Assembly: GCA_023412665.1 (NCBI GenBank)
Contig: JAEZCA010000059.1
Span: 5,163-69,162 of the forward strand
Direction of reading: 5' to 3'
Length of the DNA: 64,000 bases
Source of the DNA: Bacillota bacterium
Lineage (GTDB): Bacteria; Bacillota; Clostridia; Acetivibrionales; DTU013
Below the pieces are notes generated by a model. That model was not told the DNA's origin. It was given only the letters and a program-made list of their open reading frames with translations, and searched no databases. A program made the translations under genes and the position numbers. How positions within the stretch are numbered: position 1 is the first letter of the stretch; each line of letters opens with the position of its first letter. Positions 47,716 to 57,780 of the stretch are shown one piece after another.

Positions 47716-48756
47716 TCATGCAAATTTTTCAGACGGTGCATAATCATGTGATGCTTCTATAAGCTGTTCAAGCTTTTTGTTTGCCGCTCCGCTGTCAATA
47801 AGCTCGCAGGCAAGCCTGATCCCATCCTTGAAGGAGTCGGCTCTCCTGCCGATCATAAGCGCTCCGGCTGAGTTGAGCACTACGGCATTACGCCGTGGTC
47901 CTCTATCCCGGCCTGAGAACACGCCCCGTATCATTTCAGCATTTTCCTGTGGTGTTCCGGTGGCGATTTCTGAAATCGAGCACCTTTCCAAGCCGAAATC
48001 CTCAGGCTTGATTTCATACCTCGCCACCATTCCGTTATCAAGCTCATTAATTATTGTGCTGCCTATCAGAGAGATTTCATCCAGGCCATCTGCTCCATAC
48101 ACAAAGAGAGCTCTTTTATAGCCTATCGATGCGGCAACCTCAGTCACCGTATCCAGCAACTCCTTCTTATAAACGCCCATCACATGCCTGGAGGCCTTTG
48201 AAGGATTTATCAGCGGTCCGATTATCGTATAGAATATGGTCTTGATGCCAAGATCCTTTTCCGGCGGCAGTACCTTGCACATTACAGGGTGAAACAGCGG
48301 TGCGTAGAGAAATGCAATACCTATGTTTTCAATCAGCTTCTCTACTCCGGCCGGGTCCTGATTGATCTCCACTCCAAGTGTCTCCAGGACATCAGCGCTG
48401 CCTGACAGGCTTGAAATGGAACGGCTTCCGTGTTTTGCCACAGGAATGCCTGCCGCCGCAGCTACAAAAGCAGTGGCTGTTGAAATGTTGAAGGTGCTGA
48501 GCCCTCCCCCTGTGCCGCAGGTATCCATCAGCTCCTCGCCGACCAAAGGATTGATTCTGATACAATTGTCCCTCATTGCCTTGGCAATAGCCGTGATTTC
48601 CGACAATGACGGACCTTTCATCAGCAGCGCTACCTGGAAGCCTGCTATCTGTGCCTCACTCAATTCATCATTCCTTATCGCAGCAATGAGGCCGGATATT
48701 TCCTCTGCTGTAAGGTCCCGTTTGTTTGTCAGCTTTGCTAAAATGTTTCTGATCAT
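47716..48756 (-). CDS. trpD: anthranilate phosphoribosyltransferase
   Basis: GTGGGLSTFNISTA and KHGSRSISSLSGSADVLE motifs. The start is probably ATG 48756 (MIRNIL); the track ORF begins at TTG 48780. Confidence 0.85.
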   Translation of the reverse strand: MIRNILAKLTNKRDLTAEEISGLIAAIRNDELSEAQIAGFQVALLMKGPSLSEITAIAKAMRDNCIRINPLVGEELMDTCGTGGGLSTFNISTATAFVAAAAGIPVAKHGSRSISSLSGSADVLETLGVEINQDPAGVEKLIENIGIAFLYAPLFHPVMCKVLPPEKDLGIKTIFYTIIGPLINPSKASRHVMGVYKKELLDTVTEVAASIGYKRALFVYGADGLDEISLIGSTIINELDNGMVARYEIKPEDFGLERCSISEIATGTPQENAEMIRGVFSGRDRGPRRNAVVLNSAGALMIGRRADSFKDGIRLACELIDSGAANKKLEQLIEASHDYAPSEKFA

Positions 48757-48794
48757 ACTCATCTCTCCTCTTCTCATCAAATTTGTTGCTATTG

Positions 48795-49568
48795 CTATTT
48801 TGAAATTGCTTTCTTTATTGTCCCAATGTACTCATCTACATAGGGTATACACTCTGCTCCATATCTGCCGACTATATCGACGATAGCGCTGCCGATGATG
48901 ATCCCATCAGCATATGCTGCTACCTGTGCCGCCTGCTCTGCAGTTGATATGCCGAAGCCTACCGCGCAAGGTATGTCTTTGACCTTTTTGATCGATTTTA
49001 TCATTACCTCCGCATCGCTGCATATTTTCCGCCGTACTCCCGTTACTCCGGTTGAAGACACACAGTAGACAAAACCCTCTGCCCGGGCTGCGATCATACG
49101 TATCCTGTCACCGGATGTGGGCGCTACCATCGATATCAGCACAACTCCATATTTATCACAGAATGGCAGGAGCTCCTCCCTCTCTTCAAAAGGAAGGTCA
49201 GGGACAATGATTGCATCGACCCCGCAGGTTTTGCAATTTGATATGAATCTGTCAGTACCATATGAAAACACCGGGTTCATGTATGTCATAAACGCGATCG
49301 GTATATCGCAGGTGCTGCGGATACGTCTTAACATTGAAAATATTCCATCCGTTGTCGTTCCCGCTTCAAGAGCCCTCCGGTCGGCCGCCTGTATGACAGG
49401 ACCTTCAGCTACAGGGTCTGAAAACGGAATGCCCAGTTCTATCAGATCCGCTCCCGCCTCAGCCATTTTATTTACCAATTGTTCCGTGATCTCCAGCGAA
49501 GGATCTCCCGCTGTTATGAACGGTATAAACGCCTTACTTCCCGAAAATACCTTATCAAGCCTACTCAT
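48795..49568 (-). CDS. trpA: tryptophan synthase alpha chain
   Basis: [28 protein letters not shown] and GFGIST motifs. The start overlaps the trpB stop. Confidence 0.9.
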   Translation of the reverse strand: MSRLDKVFSGSKAFIPFITAGDPSLEITEQLVNKMAEAGADLIELGIPFSDPVAEGPVIQAADRRALEAGTTTDGIFSMLRRIRSTCDIPIAFMTYMNPVFSYGTDRFISNCKTCGVDAIIVPDLPFEEREELLPFCDKYGVVLISMVAPTSGDRIRMIAARAEGFVYCVSSTGVTGVRRKICSDAEVMIKSIKKVKDIPCAVGFGISTAEQAAQVAAYADGIIIGSAIVDIVGRYGAECIPYVDEYIGTIKKAISK

Positions 49569-50754
49569 GTATGTTCACCCCCCTGTACCTGGCAATTGCA
49601 GCCACATCCTTGTCGCCCCTGCCTGAAAGGCATATTACCATTATCTGATCCCTTCCCATGCCAGGCGCCAGCTTCCTGGCGTATGCTACGGCATGAGAGC
49701 TTTCTATGGCAGGAATGATCCCTTCAGTACGTGACAGGTACTCAAAGGCAGCCACAGCCTCATCATCGGTGATCGGCACATATTCCGCCCTTCCGATGTC
49801 ATGAAGGTTGGCATGCTCAGGGCCCACGCCGGGATAATCAAGGCCTGCGGAAATCGAATATACAGGCGCTATCTGTCCGTATGCGTCCTGGCAGAAGTAC
49901 GACTTCATCCCGTGGAATATGCCAGGCTTTCCTACTGTCATTGTTGCCGCTGTCTTGTCCGTATCGGCTCCAAGGCCGGCTGCCTCGCAGCCTATTAGAC
50001 GGACTGCGCTGTCATTTATGAATTCATAGAATAACCCCATAGCGTTGCTGCCTCCGCCTACACAGGCAAGTAATGCGTCGGGGAGCCTTCCCTCAGCAGC
50101 CACTATCTGCTCTTTGACTTCGCGGCCAATGATGCTTTGAAAATCCCTCACGAGCATAGGGAACGGATGAGGACCCATAACAGAGCCCAGAACATAATGG
50201 GTGTCCGTGATTCGTCGTGTCCATTCCCGCATGGTCTCATTGACAGCATCCTTGAGTGTCTGTGTTCCGGTCGTCACCGGGTGCACCTTCGCTCCAAGCA
50301 GTTCCATGCGGTAGACATTGAGTGCCTGACGCTTTGTATCCTCCAGACCCATGAAGATTTCACAATCCATATCCAATAAAGCCGCGGCTGTTGCCGTGGC
50401 CACGCCGTGCTGCCCTGCGCCGGTCTCGGCAATTACACGGAGCTTTCCCATTTTTTTTGCTAGCAGCACCTGCCCCAATACATTATTGATTTTGTGGGAG
50501 CCTGTATGGTTCAGGTCTTCCCTTTTCAGATATATCTTCGCACCGCCAAGATCCTTTGTCATTTTCTCTGCGAAGTAAAGCAAGGAAGGCCTGCCTGCGT
50601 AATTTCCCAACAGCCTGTCAAGCTCACCTGTAAAGCCGGGATCATTTTTATAGTGATCATAGGCCTCTTCCAGTTCAATAACAGCATTCATCAGTGTTTC
50701 AGGAACATACTGCCCCCCATGGGCCCCAAACCTGCCTTTTGACAATTTGCTCAA
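49561..50754 (-). CDS. trpB: tryptophan synthase beta chain
   Basis: [27 protein letters not shown] and GGGSNAMG motifs. The start is one of two in-frame TTG codons (50754 or 50745) after GGAGGAGG. Confidence 0.9.
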   Translation of the reverse strand: MSKLSKGRFGAHGGQYVPETLMNAVIELEEAYDHYKNDPGFTGELDRLLGNYAGRPSLLYFAEKMTKDLGGAKIYLKREDLNHTGSHKINNVLGQVLLAKKMGKLRVIAETGAGQHGVATATAAALLDMDCEIFMGLEDTKRQALNVYRMELLGAKVHPVTTGTQTLKDAVNETMREWTRRITDTHYVLGSVMGPHPFPMLVRDFQSIIGREVKEQIVAAEGRLPDALLACVGGGSNAMGLFYEFINDSAVRLIGCEAAGLGADTDKTAATMTVGKPGIFHGMKSYFCQDAYGQIAPVYSISAGLDYPGVGPEHANLHDIGRAEYVPITDDEAVAAFEYLSRTEGIIPAIESSHAVAYARKLAPGMGRDQIMVICLSGRGDKDVAAIARYRGVNIHE

Positions 50755-51087
50755 CCTCCTCCGAATGAAATAAAAAAAGCCCTTATCCCCACGAAAGGGA
50801 CAAAAGCTTCTGCTTCTGCGGTACCACCCAATTTGGCGAATAATCGCCCGCTCAAACTGTATACTGATATATACATCCCACTGATAACGGGCGGGATACC
50901 CGTAAACTCCTACTCTCTGTCGATTTCGGGTTTACCTCGCAAGTCCATTCAGAACGACCGCTGCAACCGCATTCCCACCATTTCCGGCAGCTCCGGGCAT
51001 CATAACCGTTTGCCTGGGGCCGGGCGGCTCTCTTTGTACAGCCTGTCAGACCTACTTCTCTTGCTCATCGGTTTCACTGTTTGCTAA
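50755..51087 (-). promoter_or_regulatory. T-box riboswitch leader, specifier UGG (Trp), controlling trpBADCF
   Basis: Reverse complement shows GAUGAG K-turn, AGUAG, AG bay AAAGAGAG and distal loop GGUGGGAAUGCGG. The specifier loop CUGAA-UGG-ACUU has UGG at 50947-50945. The T-box AAAUUGGGUGGUACCGC lies at 50834-50818. The terminator GCUUUUGUCCC..GGGGAUAAGGGC plus U7 lies at 50808-50772. Confidence 0.9.
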
Positions 51088-51117
51088 ATTTTAACACGTC
51101 ATCGCGGTATATGTCAA
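51088..51117 (-). promoter_or_regulatory. promoter of the trp T-box leader
   Basis: TTGACA, 17-18-nt spacer, TTAAAAT on the minus strand. Confidence 0.6.
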
Positions 51118-51297
51118 TATTAATTTATGCCGCAACCCCATATTTTCTAGAGCTATGGAGGCTCGCAATAGCATTTTGTGCCCAAAAGTTCGTATTTTGC
51201 ACACCACACTCAAGTACGCGCATATAGTATGTCGGTTACCAAATTAGCAAAACTGGGTATAGTAATAATGGATATTTTATTGATAAGGAGCTTAATT

Positions 51298-52203
51298 ATG
51301 CATGATGTCATTATAATCGGCGGGGGGCCCGCCGGCTATACTGCGGCGCTGTATAGCGCCAGAGCCGGGCTGGACACGCTGGTGCTGGAGAAACTGACTG
51401 CGGGAGGACAAATGGCCACAACGGCTGCGATGGAAAATTACCCGGGCTTTGAAGAGCCAATCAATGGCTCCGACCTGGCTCTTAGAATGGAGAGGCAGGC
51501 ACGCAGATTTGGGGCCATAGTCTTGTTCGACACAGTGACAGATCTGACCCTCGATACAGATGTAAAGGTCGTTAAGACAGAAAATAACTCTCATCAATGC
51601 AAATCAGTCATTCTTTGCATGGGTGCATCTCCAAAGACTCTGGGCCTTCCCAAGGAAGACCTGCTCAAAGGCTCTGGAGTCTCATACTGCGCGGTATGCG
51701 ACGGCGCATTATTCAAAGGCCGTACAGTCGCTGTCGTAGGAGGCGGAGATACTGCAGCGGAGGATGCGCTGTATCTCTCAAGATTCTGTCCTAAGGTCTA
51801 TCTTGTGCACCGCAGGGATAAGCTGCGTGCTTCTAAAAGCCTCCAGAGAGAATTGTTCAATAACAATAAAATAGAATTTCTGTGGGATTCGGTCGTCGAT
51901 GAGATCCTGGGACAATTTAGTGTCGATGGCATCAGAGTTCGGGATCTGAATACGAACAGAACAACAGACCTTGAGGCAGAAGGACTGTTTGTGGCCGTCG
52001 GTACTACTCCCAATTCCTCTCTTGTAAAGGGAAAGGTAATTTTTGATGATGCGGGTTATATAATAACAGATAACAAAATGCAGACCAATATCCCCGGAGT
52101 ATATGCTGCCGGCGATATCCGAAGCAAATATCTCCGTCAGGTCATCACGGCCGCAGCCGACGGCGCCATTGCCGCCTACTCTGCCGAACAGTATATTACG
52201 TGA
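51298..52203 (+). CDS. trxB: thioredoxin-disulfide reductase
   Basis: IIIGGGPAGYTAALY, redox-active CAVCDG, and VVGGGDTAAEDA. The start is ATG 51298 with SD AAGGAG. The track ORF from 51178 is an upstream extension. Confidence 0.9.
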   Translation: MHDVIIIGGGPAGYTAALYSARAGLDTLVLEKLTAGGQMATTAAMENYPGFEEPINGSDLALRMERQARRFGAIVLFDTVTDLTLDTDVKVVKTENNSHQCKSVILCMGASPKTLGLPKEDLLKGSGVSYCAVCDGALFKGRTVAVVGGGDTAAEDALYLSRFCPKVYLVHRRDKLRASKSLQRELFNNNKIEFLWDSVVDEILGQFSVDGIRVRDLNTNRTTDLEAEGLFVAVGTTPNSSLVKGKVIFDDAGYIITDNKMQTNIPGVYAAGDIRSKYLRQVITAAADGAIAAYSAEQYIT

Positions 52204-52311
52204 CGCGCCGGCTGAAAGGCAAATCGGCACCCGCCACCAAGCGTTTTTCAGCCCGAGGGCTGAAAATACGTATAGAGGTGGGGCGGGGGGCCCATTATTC
52301 GCCTCGTTATA
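52194..52311 (+). repeat. dispersed structured intergenic repeat, family A, copy 2
   Basis: Same core and hairpin as 8532-8634, in the same orientation. TATTACG..CGTTATA ends. It fills the whole gap between convergent trxB and zwf and contains both stop codons. Confidence 0.8.
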
Positions 52312-53809
52312 TATCCCACCACTGGCGGCCGTCCCGGGCCAGAAGCTCGAAGGCCTTGACCGGCCCCATGGTGCCTGCGGCATAATTAGGAAATTTTTGC
52401 CTCTTCTGTTCCCTGTAGCCTATGATCCTGTCTGCAAACATCCAGGAGGCTTCGACTTCGTCCCATCTGGAAAACAGAGTGGAATCACCGCGAAGTATGT
52501 CGTAGATCAGCCGCTCATACGCCTCCGGTGTGTTGCCCTGGGTAGGGCTTATATGGCTGGAATCCATTTTCGTTGAAACTATATCATTGTGTGAACTGAA
52601 ATTTCTGGTATTAAACTGGAAAAACACGCCCACACTTGGCTGTATCCGTATAACAAGCAGATTGGGCTCCTGTATGTGCCTTTCTTTAAAGTACAGTATG
52701 TTGGGCAGAGACTTGAACTGCACCACTATCTCTGCAGATCTTGATGCAAGCCTCTTTCCCGTCCTGATGTAGAAGGGCGTGCCTGCCCATCTGAAATTGT
52801 TTATGTGGAGCTTTAAAGCGGCAAAGGTCTCCGTAGCCGAGTCCGAAGGCACCTTATCCTCCTCCTTGTAACCTGGAACCTCCACCCCATCTATTATGCC
52901 CTTGCCATATTGACCGAATACAACATTGTCCCTGAGGTGTTCAGGCGAGAACTCCTCAATTGCCTGTATGACCTTCAGCTTTTCAGTACGTATTGCATCC
53001 GTCTCCAGATTGACGGGAGGCTCCATCGCCACAAGTGAAAGTATCTGCAATATGTGGTTCTGCACCATGTCCCGCAATGCGCCAGAGTTTTCGTAATACC
53101 CGCCTCTTGTACCTACTCCGTATTTTTCGGTAAGGGATATCTGCACATTATCAATGAATTTGTTGCTCCATAGCGATTCAAATACAGAATTGCAGAATCT
53201 CAGGACCATTATATTCTGTATCATTTCCTTGCCAAGATAGTGATCTATCCTGTATATACTTTTTTCCGGGAATACCTCCAGCAGCTTGCTGTTAAGCTTT
53301 CTGGCGGTTGAAAGATCCTTGCCGAAGGGTTTTTCAATGACCAGCCTGCTCCATGAGTCCCCCTCGCCTGATGCCAGACCGCTCACCTGAAGTCCATGCA
53401 CAATAGTCTCAAAATACTCGGGCGCCACAGCAAGATAATAAACCCTGTTGCCCAAAGTTCCGGAGCTGCCATCGATAGTCTCCAGATAGCTTTTCAGGCC
53501 ATCATACCCGTTTCGGTCGGTGAAGTCGAATTTATAGTATCTGATCAGTTCCCGCAGCCTGGACCAGTATACTTCATCGATCTTATTCCTCGAATTCTTT
53601 TTCAGGGATTCAAACACTTCATCCCTGTACTCATCCTCCGTTTTGTCCCTTCGCCCGACACAGACCACCGAAAAGCACTGGGGCATTAGATTGTCATATA
53701 TGAGATTGTACAGCGCAGGGATGAGCTTACGGTGGGTCAGATCCCCCGTCCCTCCGAATATTACAAGCATCGCAGACATTCTGCCGCTTTCACATTTTTC
53801 TGTTATCAT
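52307..53809 (-). CDS. zwf: glucose-6-phosphate dehydrogenase
   Basis: NADP motif IFGGTGDLTHRKL and active-site RIDHYLGKE. The exact start among the N-terminal Met codons is uncertain. Confidence 0.9.
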   Translation of the reverse strand: MITEKCESGRMSAMLVIFGGTGDLTHRKLIPALYNLIYDNLMPQCFSVVCVGRRDKTEDEYRDEVFESLKKNSRNKIDEVYWSRLRELIRYYKFDFTDRNGYDGLKSYLETIDGSSGTLGNRVYYLAVAPEYFETIVHGLQVSGLASGEGDSWSRLVIEKPFGKDLSTARKLNSKLLEVFPEKSIYRIDHYLGKEMIQNIMVLRFCNSVFESLWSNKFIDNVQISLTEKYGVGTRGGYYENSGALRDMVQNHILQILSLVAMEPPVNLETDAIRTEKLKVIQAIEEFSPEHLRDNVVFGQYGKGIIDGVEVPGYKEEDKVPSDSATETFAALKLHINNFRWAGTPFYIRTGKRLASRSAEIVVQFKSLPNILYFKERHIQEPNLLVIRIQPSVGVFFQFNTRNFSSHNDIVSTKMDSSHISPTQGNTPEAYERLIYDILRGDSTLFSRWDEVEASWMFADRIIGYREQKRQKFPNYAAGTMGPVKAFELLARDGRQWWDI

Positions 53810-53938
53810 ATAGCGTCAGCATCCTCCCGATACAATAAAAAATTACAGTTACCTTGTTCAAGCTTATTTTTACCCAATAAGCTTATGCGAAAACAAGTAC
53901 TTTATGAATGAGAGTATATATCGGATCATTGTAAGGAG

Positions 53939-54346
53939 TCATTCCCGTTGCTTTTTGAAATGGCATGCAAGTTTTTCGGCAATAGGGATGTCAGCGGGAA
54001 GCAGGCTATACTGCCTGAGCTCATCAGCAGAAGCCCATGCTATTTGGTCGTGTACGGTCAGGCAGATCTCTCCCCGGATAATTTTGGCGAAATATGCAAG
54101 CAGCCGAATGGTGCCCTTTGGGTAACTGTAAATGCTGTCGCAAAAGAAGCCTCCAATTTCGGCAGCTATCCCGAATTCTTCAAAAAGCTCCCTTTTCAGG
54201 CATTCCTCAGCAGTTTCCCTCTCTTCCAGCTTGCCTCCCGGAAACTCCCATCCCCCTGCCATATTCTCGCCGGGCGCTCTTCTGGCAATAAGGATTTTTT
54301 CATTTTTACAGATAATGGCTGCAGTGACTTCTTTAATCTTCTCCAT
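53939..54346 (-). CDS. NUDIX hydrolase (MutT-like)
   Basis: Nudix box GGKLEERETAEECLKRELFEEFGI. 135 aa. Confidence 0.8.
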   Translation of the reverse strand: MEKIKEVTAAIICKNEKILIARRAPGENMAGGWEFPGGKLEERETAEECLKRELFEEFGIAAEIGGFFCDSIYSYPKGTIRLLAYFAKIIRGEICLTVHDQIAWASADELRQYSLLPADIPIAEKLACHFKKQRE

Positions 54347-54349
54347 AGC

Positions 54350-55966
54350 TCACTCATGTTCCAGCGACTGCGCTATATTGATAGCATGATCCGATACCCT
54401 CTCCAGCGTCGTGATCATATTAGTAAAAATTACCCCCGCCTGAGGATCACATGCTTTATCATTGAGCCTGCTGATATGATTGTTGATATATACCTTTTTC
54501 ATATTGTCAACTTCCTGTTCAAGGATTTCCACACCCTTGATTTTCTTGATATCCCGCTTTTTAAATACATCAAGACTGGCATTCAAGGTCTCCATGGTCT
54601 TGTCGGCCATAGCCGTCAATTCCTCTTTCCCCTCAGACGACATGGCTACCTTGTTATCTGCAATAGTCATTGCAAATTCAGCCACGTTCTCAGCATGGTC
54701 ACCAATTCGTTCAAGGTCTATTATGACATGGTGCAGGCTTCCCAGCACCTTCAGATCGTCATCCGACAACTCAAGGCCCCTGAACTCGATCAGATAATTG
54801 GCAATGCTGTCAGTAAGATAATCGATGGTTGTTTCGACCTCCAATACCTTTTTAGCTTTTTGTTCATCGATTTCAAAAAATGCTTCCAGCGACCTCTTCA
54901 TGTTCTCTGCGGCAATTGCCCCCATTCGGTTCAGCTCTTTCAATGTCTGACTTAGAACTATGGCCGGGGTCTGGGCGATTCTTTCATCCAGGTATACGAG
55001 CCTTTTTTCAATATCGCCCTCTGTCCTCTTTTCAGGTATTATCTTTTCTATAAGTTTTACCATGAGCTTTGCAAACGGAAACAGTATTATGGTGACTGAT
55101 ATATTGAACAACGTATGGAAGTTTGCTATTTGCCTGGAAGCATTGTCTGGAGATATGGACTGTACAATATCCACTATACCGGGAAATAATATGATCAATA
55201 TCAGAAATACTATTGTTCCGATGATATTAAACATCAAATGAATCCCTGCGGTTCGTTTGGAATTGGCGTTTGTGCCAATGGCTGAAAGTATTGCCGTAAT
55301 ACACGTTCCTATATTCTGCCCTAATATGACAAACACAGCGGAATCCAGTCCAATAAGACCTGATACTGCGAGTGCTTGCAATATACTGACTGATGCGGAA
55401 GAACTCTGGATGACAGCGGTAAAGACCGCACCTATAAGTACACCAACAATTGGATTCCTGAAATTGACCAGAAAATTCCTGAAGGCTTCGATCTCCTGCA
55501 AAGGCTTCATAGCGTCTGACATCAGTGTCAAACCGACAAAAAGTATTCCAAATCCCAGCACTATTCCACCAATTTTTGATATCTTTCTCTTTTTTACAAA
55601 AACAGTCATCAGCATTCCCGCAAAAAGTATCAACGGAGCTATGTCCGAGAGCTTGAATGCAACAAGCTGAGCTGTAATTGTCGTACCTATATTGGCACCC
55701 ATTATGACACCTGTTGCCTGAAGCAGAGTCATCAATCCCGCATTAACAAAACCTACTATCATGACGGTAGTTGCTGATGAGCTCTGAATGATCGCTGTAA
55801 CACCTGCTCCCACGCCTACAGCAGCAAAACGGTTAGTTGTCAGATCCTCCAGTACCCGCCGCATCCTATCGCCTGCAACGTTTTCAAGCCCATCCGACAT
55901 CATTTTCATTCCATATAGAAACATTCCCAAGCCGCCAAGCAGCAGAAAAACCATAAATATGGACAT
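54350..55966 (-). CDS. Na/Pi cotransporter family protein with PhoU-like C-terminal domain
   Basis: N-terminal multi-TM with a duplicated QSSSA(T/S) motif. The C-terminal helical repeats end with ERVSDHAINIA, which is PhoU-like. Confidence 0.85.
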   Translation of the reverse strand: MSIFMVFLLLGGLGMFLYGMKMMSDGLENVAGDRMRRVLEDLTTNRFAAVGVGAGVTAIIQSSSATTVMIVGFVNAGLMTLLQATGVIMGANIGTTITAQLVAFKLSDIAPLILFAGMLMTVFVKKRKISKIGGIVLGFGILFVGLTLMSDAMKPLQEIEAFRNFLVNFRNPIVGVLIGAVFTAVIQSSSASVSILQALAVSGLIGLDSAVFVILGQNIGTCITAILSAIGTNANSKRTAGIHLMFNIIGTIVFLILIILFPGIVDIVQSISPDNASRQIANFHTLFNISVTIILFPFAKLMVKLIEKIIPEKRTEGDIEKRLVYLDERIAQTPAIVLSQTLKELNRMGAIAAENMKRSLEAFFEIDEQKAKKVLEVETTIDYLTDSIANYLIEFRGLELSDDDLKVLGSLHHVIIDLERIGDHAENVAEFAMTIADNKVAMSSEGKEELTAMADKTMETLNASLDVFKKRDIKKIKGVEILEQEVDNMKKVYINNHISRLNDKACDPQAGVIFTNMITTLERVSDHAINIAQSLEHE

Positions 55967-56112
55967 AACTCCCCCCTGATTGAAGTTTACTTACTTGAAA
56001 TTATAGATTTTCAAAAGATATTATGGCATAAAAGTACACTTAAATATTATAAATGATTATCAATTTGTTGTCACTTCGATTTATGTTAATTCCATGTAAA
56101 TTATAATGCATC

Positions 56113-56225
56113 GTTCAATTTCAAATGGGGGCAAGCCCCCATACCCCCTCGCTACGGGCGAAATGAATTCGCCCTGCGCTACACTCCGTGCGCCACGCCT
56201 AAACGTGGCGTTTGAACAATGCCAT
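56113..56225 (+). repeat. dispersed structured intergenic repeat, family B, copy 1 (longest)
   Basis: GTTCAATTTCAAATGGGGGCAAGCCCCCATACCCCCTCGCTACGGGCGAAATGAATTCGCCC.. It contains hairpins TGGGGGC/GCCCCCA, GGGCGAA/TTCGCCC and CGCCACG/CGTGGCG. Confidence 0.8.
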
Positions 56226-56390
56226 CCCCCCTGTCTTCTTAAGTCTATAGGTTTTTAAACAACGCTGACCCGGTTTCAGAGAAAAACTTCTTATAATGAT
56301 GTGATATCCGGTCTGGATTTTTTGAAATTAAATCAGTACATTGACGAAGAGACTCGTATACTTTAATATATAATTGATTGGAGTATCAGG

Positions 56391-57509
56391 ATGAACATAA
56401 AATTGAGGGGCAATATCAAAAGAATAGCAATTTTCGCTATAGTCGTGGTTTCCGTCATAGTCGGGGTATTTCTAGTATTCAGGCTGGCATTCTTTCTTTT
56501 GCCGTTCCTGATAGCATTCGGGCTCTCTTCGCTGATGGAGCCGCTCATCAAGGTATTGAACAAAAAGCTTCGAATCAGCCGCCGTATCTCTGCGCCAATA
56601 ATACTGCTGCTTTTGCTTGCAGTCATGATTACCCTGGTTGTTTTCGGCGTACTTCGTCTTATTGATGAGGTGCGGGCGCTTATAGTGTCGGCGCCGGCAT
56701 TTTTCACCCATCTGTATGCCCAGATAAATGAACTGATGATTGAAGGTTCAAAATACATTGAATGGCTCCCGACGGAAATCACCGACAACCTTGGAAGCGT
56801 CTTGTCCAACCTGTCCAATACAATTACTAGCTTTGGAAAGACAGTTGTAAAAGGAGCCTTTGTAACAGCCATATCGCTGCCGGAAGCAATAATATTCACT
56901 ATTATAACAATTCTTGCGACATTCTTTATGGCGAAGGATCGGGAAAAGATTTCTTCCGTGTTTATGCAGCAATTACCGGAGAGCTGGATAACGCGAATAT
57001 TGAATATAAAAAAGGACCTTTTCAACGCTATCTTTGGTTATATAAGAGCAGCTCTCATCATTATGGTCATAACCTTTACGGAGTTATTGATCGGACTTAG
57101 CATAATCGGTGTTGAATATGCGCTGCTGCTCGCCTTCCTCATAGCGATCATTGATGCGCTGCCTGTACTGGGTGCCGGAGGCGTACTGATTCCATGGTCT
57201 TTGTACTCCTTCATCACCGGCGATATCCGGATGGGTGTTTCAGTCATAGTGCTTTATGTAGTTGTCTTGGTAATCCGGCAGATGGTTGAGCCAAAGGTGG
57301 TTGGACAGCAGATAGGCGTATATCCTCTGATTACTCTTTTTGCAATGTATATAGGCCTTAAGCTGATAGGATTTGCCGGGCTTATTCTCGGACCGATCAC
57401 CTTCCTGCTTATCCGCAACATACTTACAACCATCTACAAAGGGAAATCCATTAAAGAGATCATCGGCTTAGACAGGAATGATAATCCCAAAGACAATCCA
57501 GTTGAATAA
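56391..57509 (+). CDS. ytvI: AI-2E family transporter / sporulation integral membrane protein YtvI-like
   Basis: 372 aa with about 8 TM helices. The C-terminal EPKVVGQQIGVYPLITLFAMYIGLKL motif is typical of the AI-2E (PerM) family. Confidence 0.7.
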   Translation: MNIKLRGNIKRIAIFAIVVVSVIVGVFLVFRLAFFLLPFLIAFGLSSLMEPLIKVLNKKLRISRRISAPIILLLLLAVMITLVVFGVLRLIDEVRALIVSAPAFFTHLYAQINELMIEGSKYIEWLPTEITDNLGSVLSNLSNTITSFGKTVVKGAFVTAISLPEAIIFTIITILATFFMAKDREKISSVFMQQLPESWITRILNIKKDLFNAIFGYIRAALIIMVITFTELLIGLSIIGVEYALLLAFLIAIIDALPVLGAGGVLIPWSLYSFITGDIRMGVSVIVLYVVVLVIRQMVEPKVVGQQIGVYPLITLFAMYIGLKLIGFAGLILGPITFLLIRNILTTIYKGKSIKEIIGLDRNDNPKDNPVE

Positions 57510-57577
57510 TGGTTGTTGAGTCGCTGCAGAGGACAAGAGCAGAAGCAGGGAGGCAGTCTACACATACATGGAGAGCA

Positions 57578-57656
57578 ATGGCATGTACAACCCAGAGCGA
57601 ATTCATTTCGCCCGTAGCGAGGGGGTATGGGGGCTTGCCCCCATTGTAAATTGAAC
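57578..57656 (-). repeat. dispersed structured intergenic repeat, family B, copy 2 (inverted relative to copy 1)
   Basis: The reverse complement GTTCAATTTACAATGGGGGCAAGCCCCCATACCCCCTCGCTACGGGCGAAATGAATTCGC.. is near-identical to 56113-56175. It lacks an internal segment of roughly 36 nt present in copy 1. Confidence 0.8.
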
Positions 57657-57710
57657 TGAGTGATGAATTTATCAGCACACAAAAAACGAAATAACATTAG
57701 CATTAATCCA

Positions 57711-57746
57711 AAAAATACAACAACCCCTTCTTTACGGAAGGGGTTG
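57711..57746 (-). terminator. intrinsic terminator after the PPase gene (hairpin could also serve ytvI)
   Basis: CAACCCCTTC-6 nt-GAAGGGGTTG. On the minus strand it is followed by TTGTATTTTTT. Confidence 0.8.
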
Positions 57747-57780
57747 CTTCTATATACTATGTTAAGAACCACCGTTATGT

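Noticed and set aside
51778-52383. 201-aa minus-strand ORF spanning the trxB 3' end, the family-A repeat and the zwf 3' end
   Set aside because: It overlaps two well-supported genes and a non-coding repeat.
53948-54955. 335-aa plus-strand ORF
   Set aside because: It is antisense to the NUDIX and Na/Pi transporter genes, which have clear motifs. It has no recognisable domains.
56363-57025. 220-aa minus-strand ORF
   Set aside because: It is antisense to the well-supported ytvI gene, has low-complexity composition and no SD.
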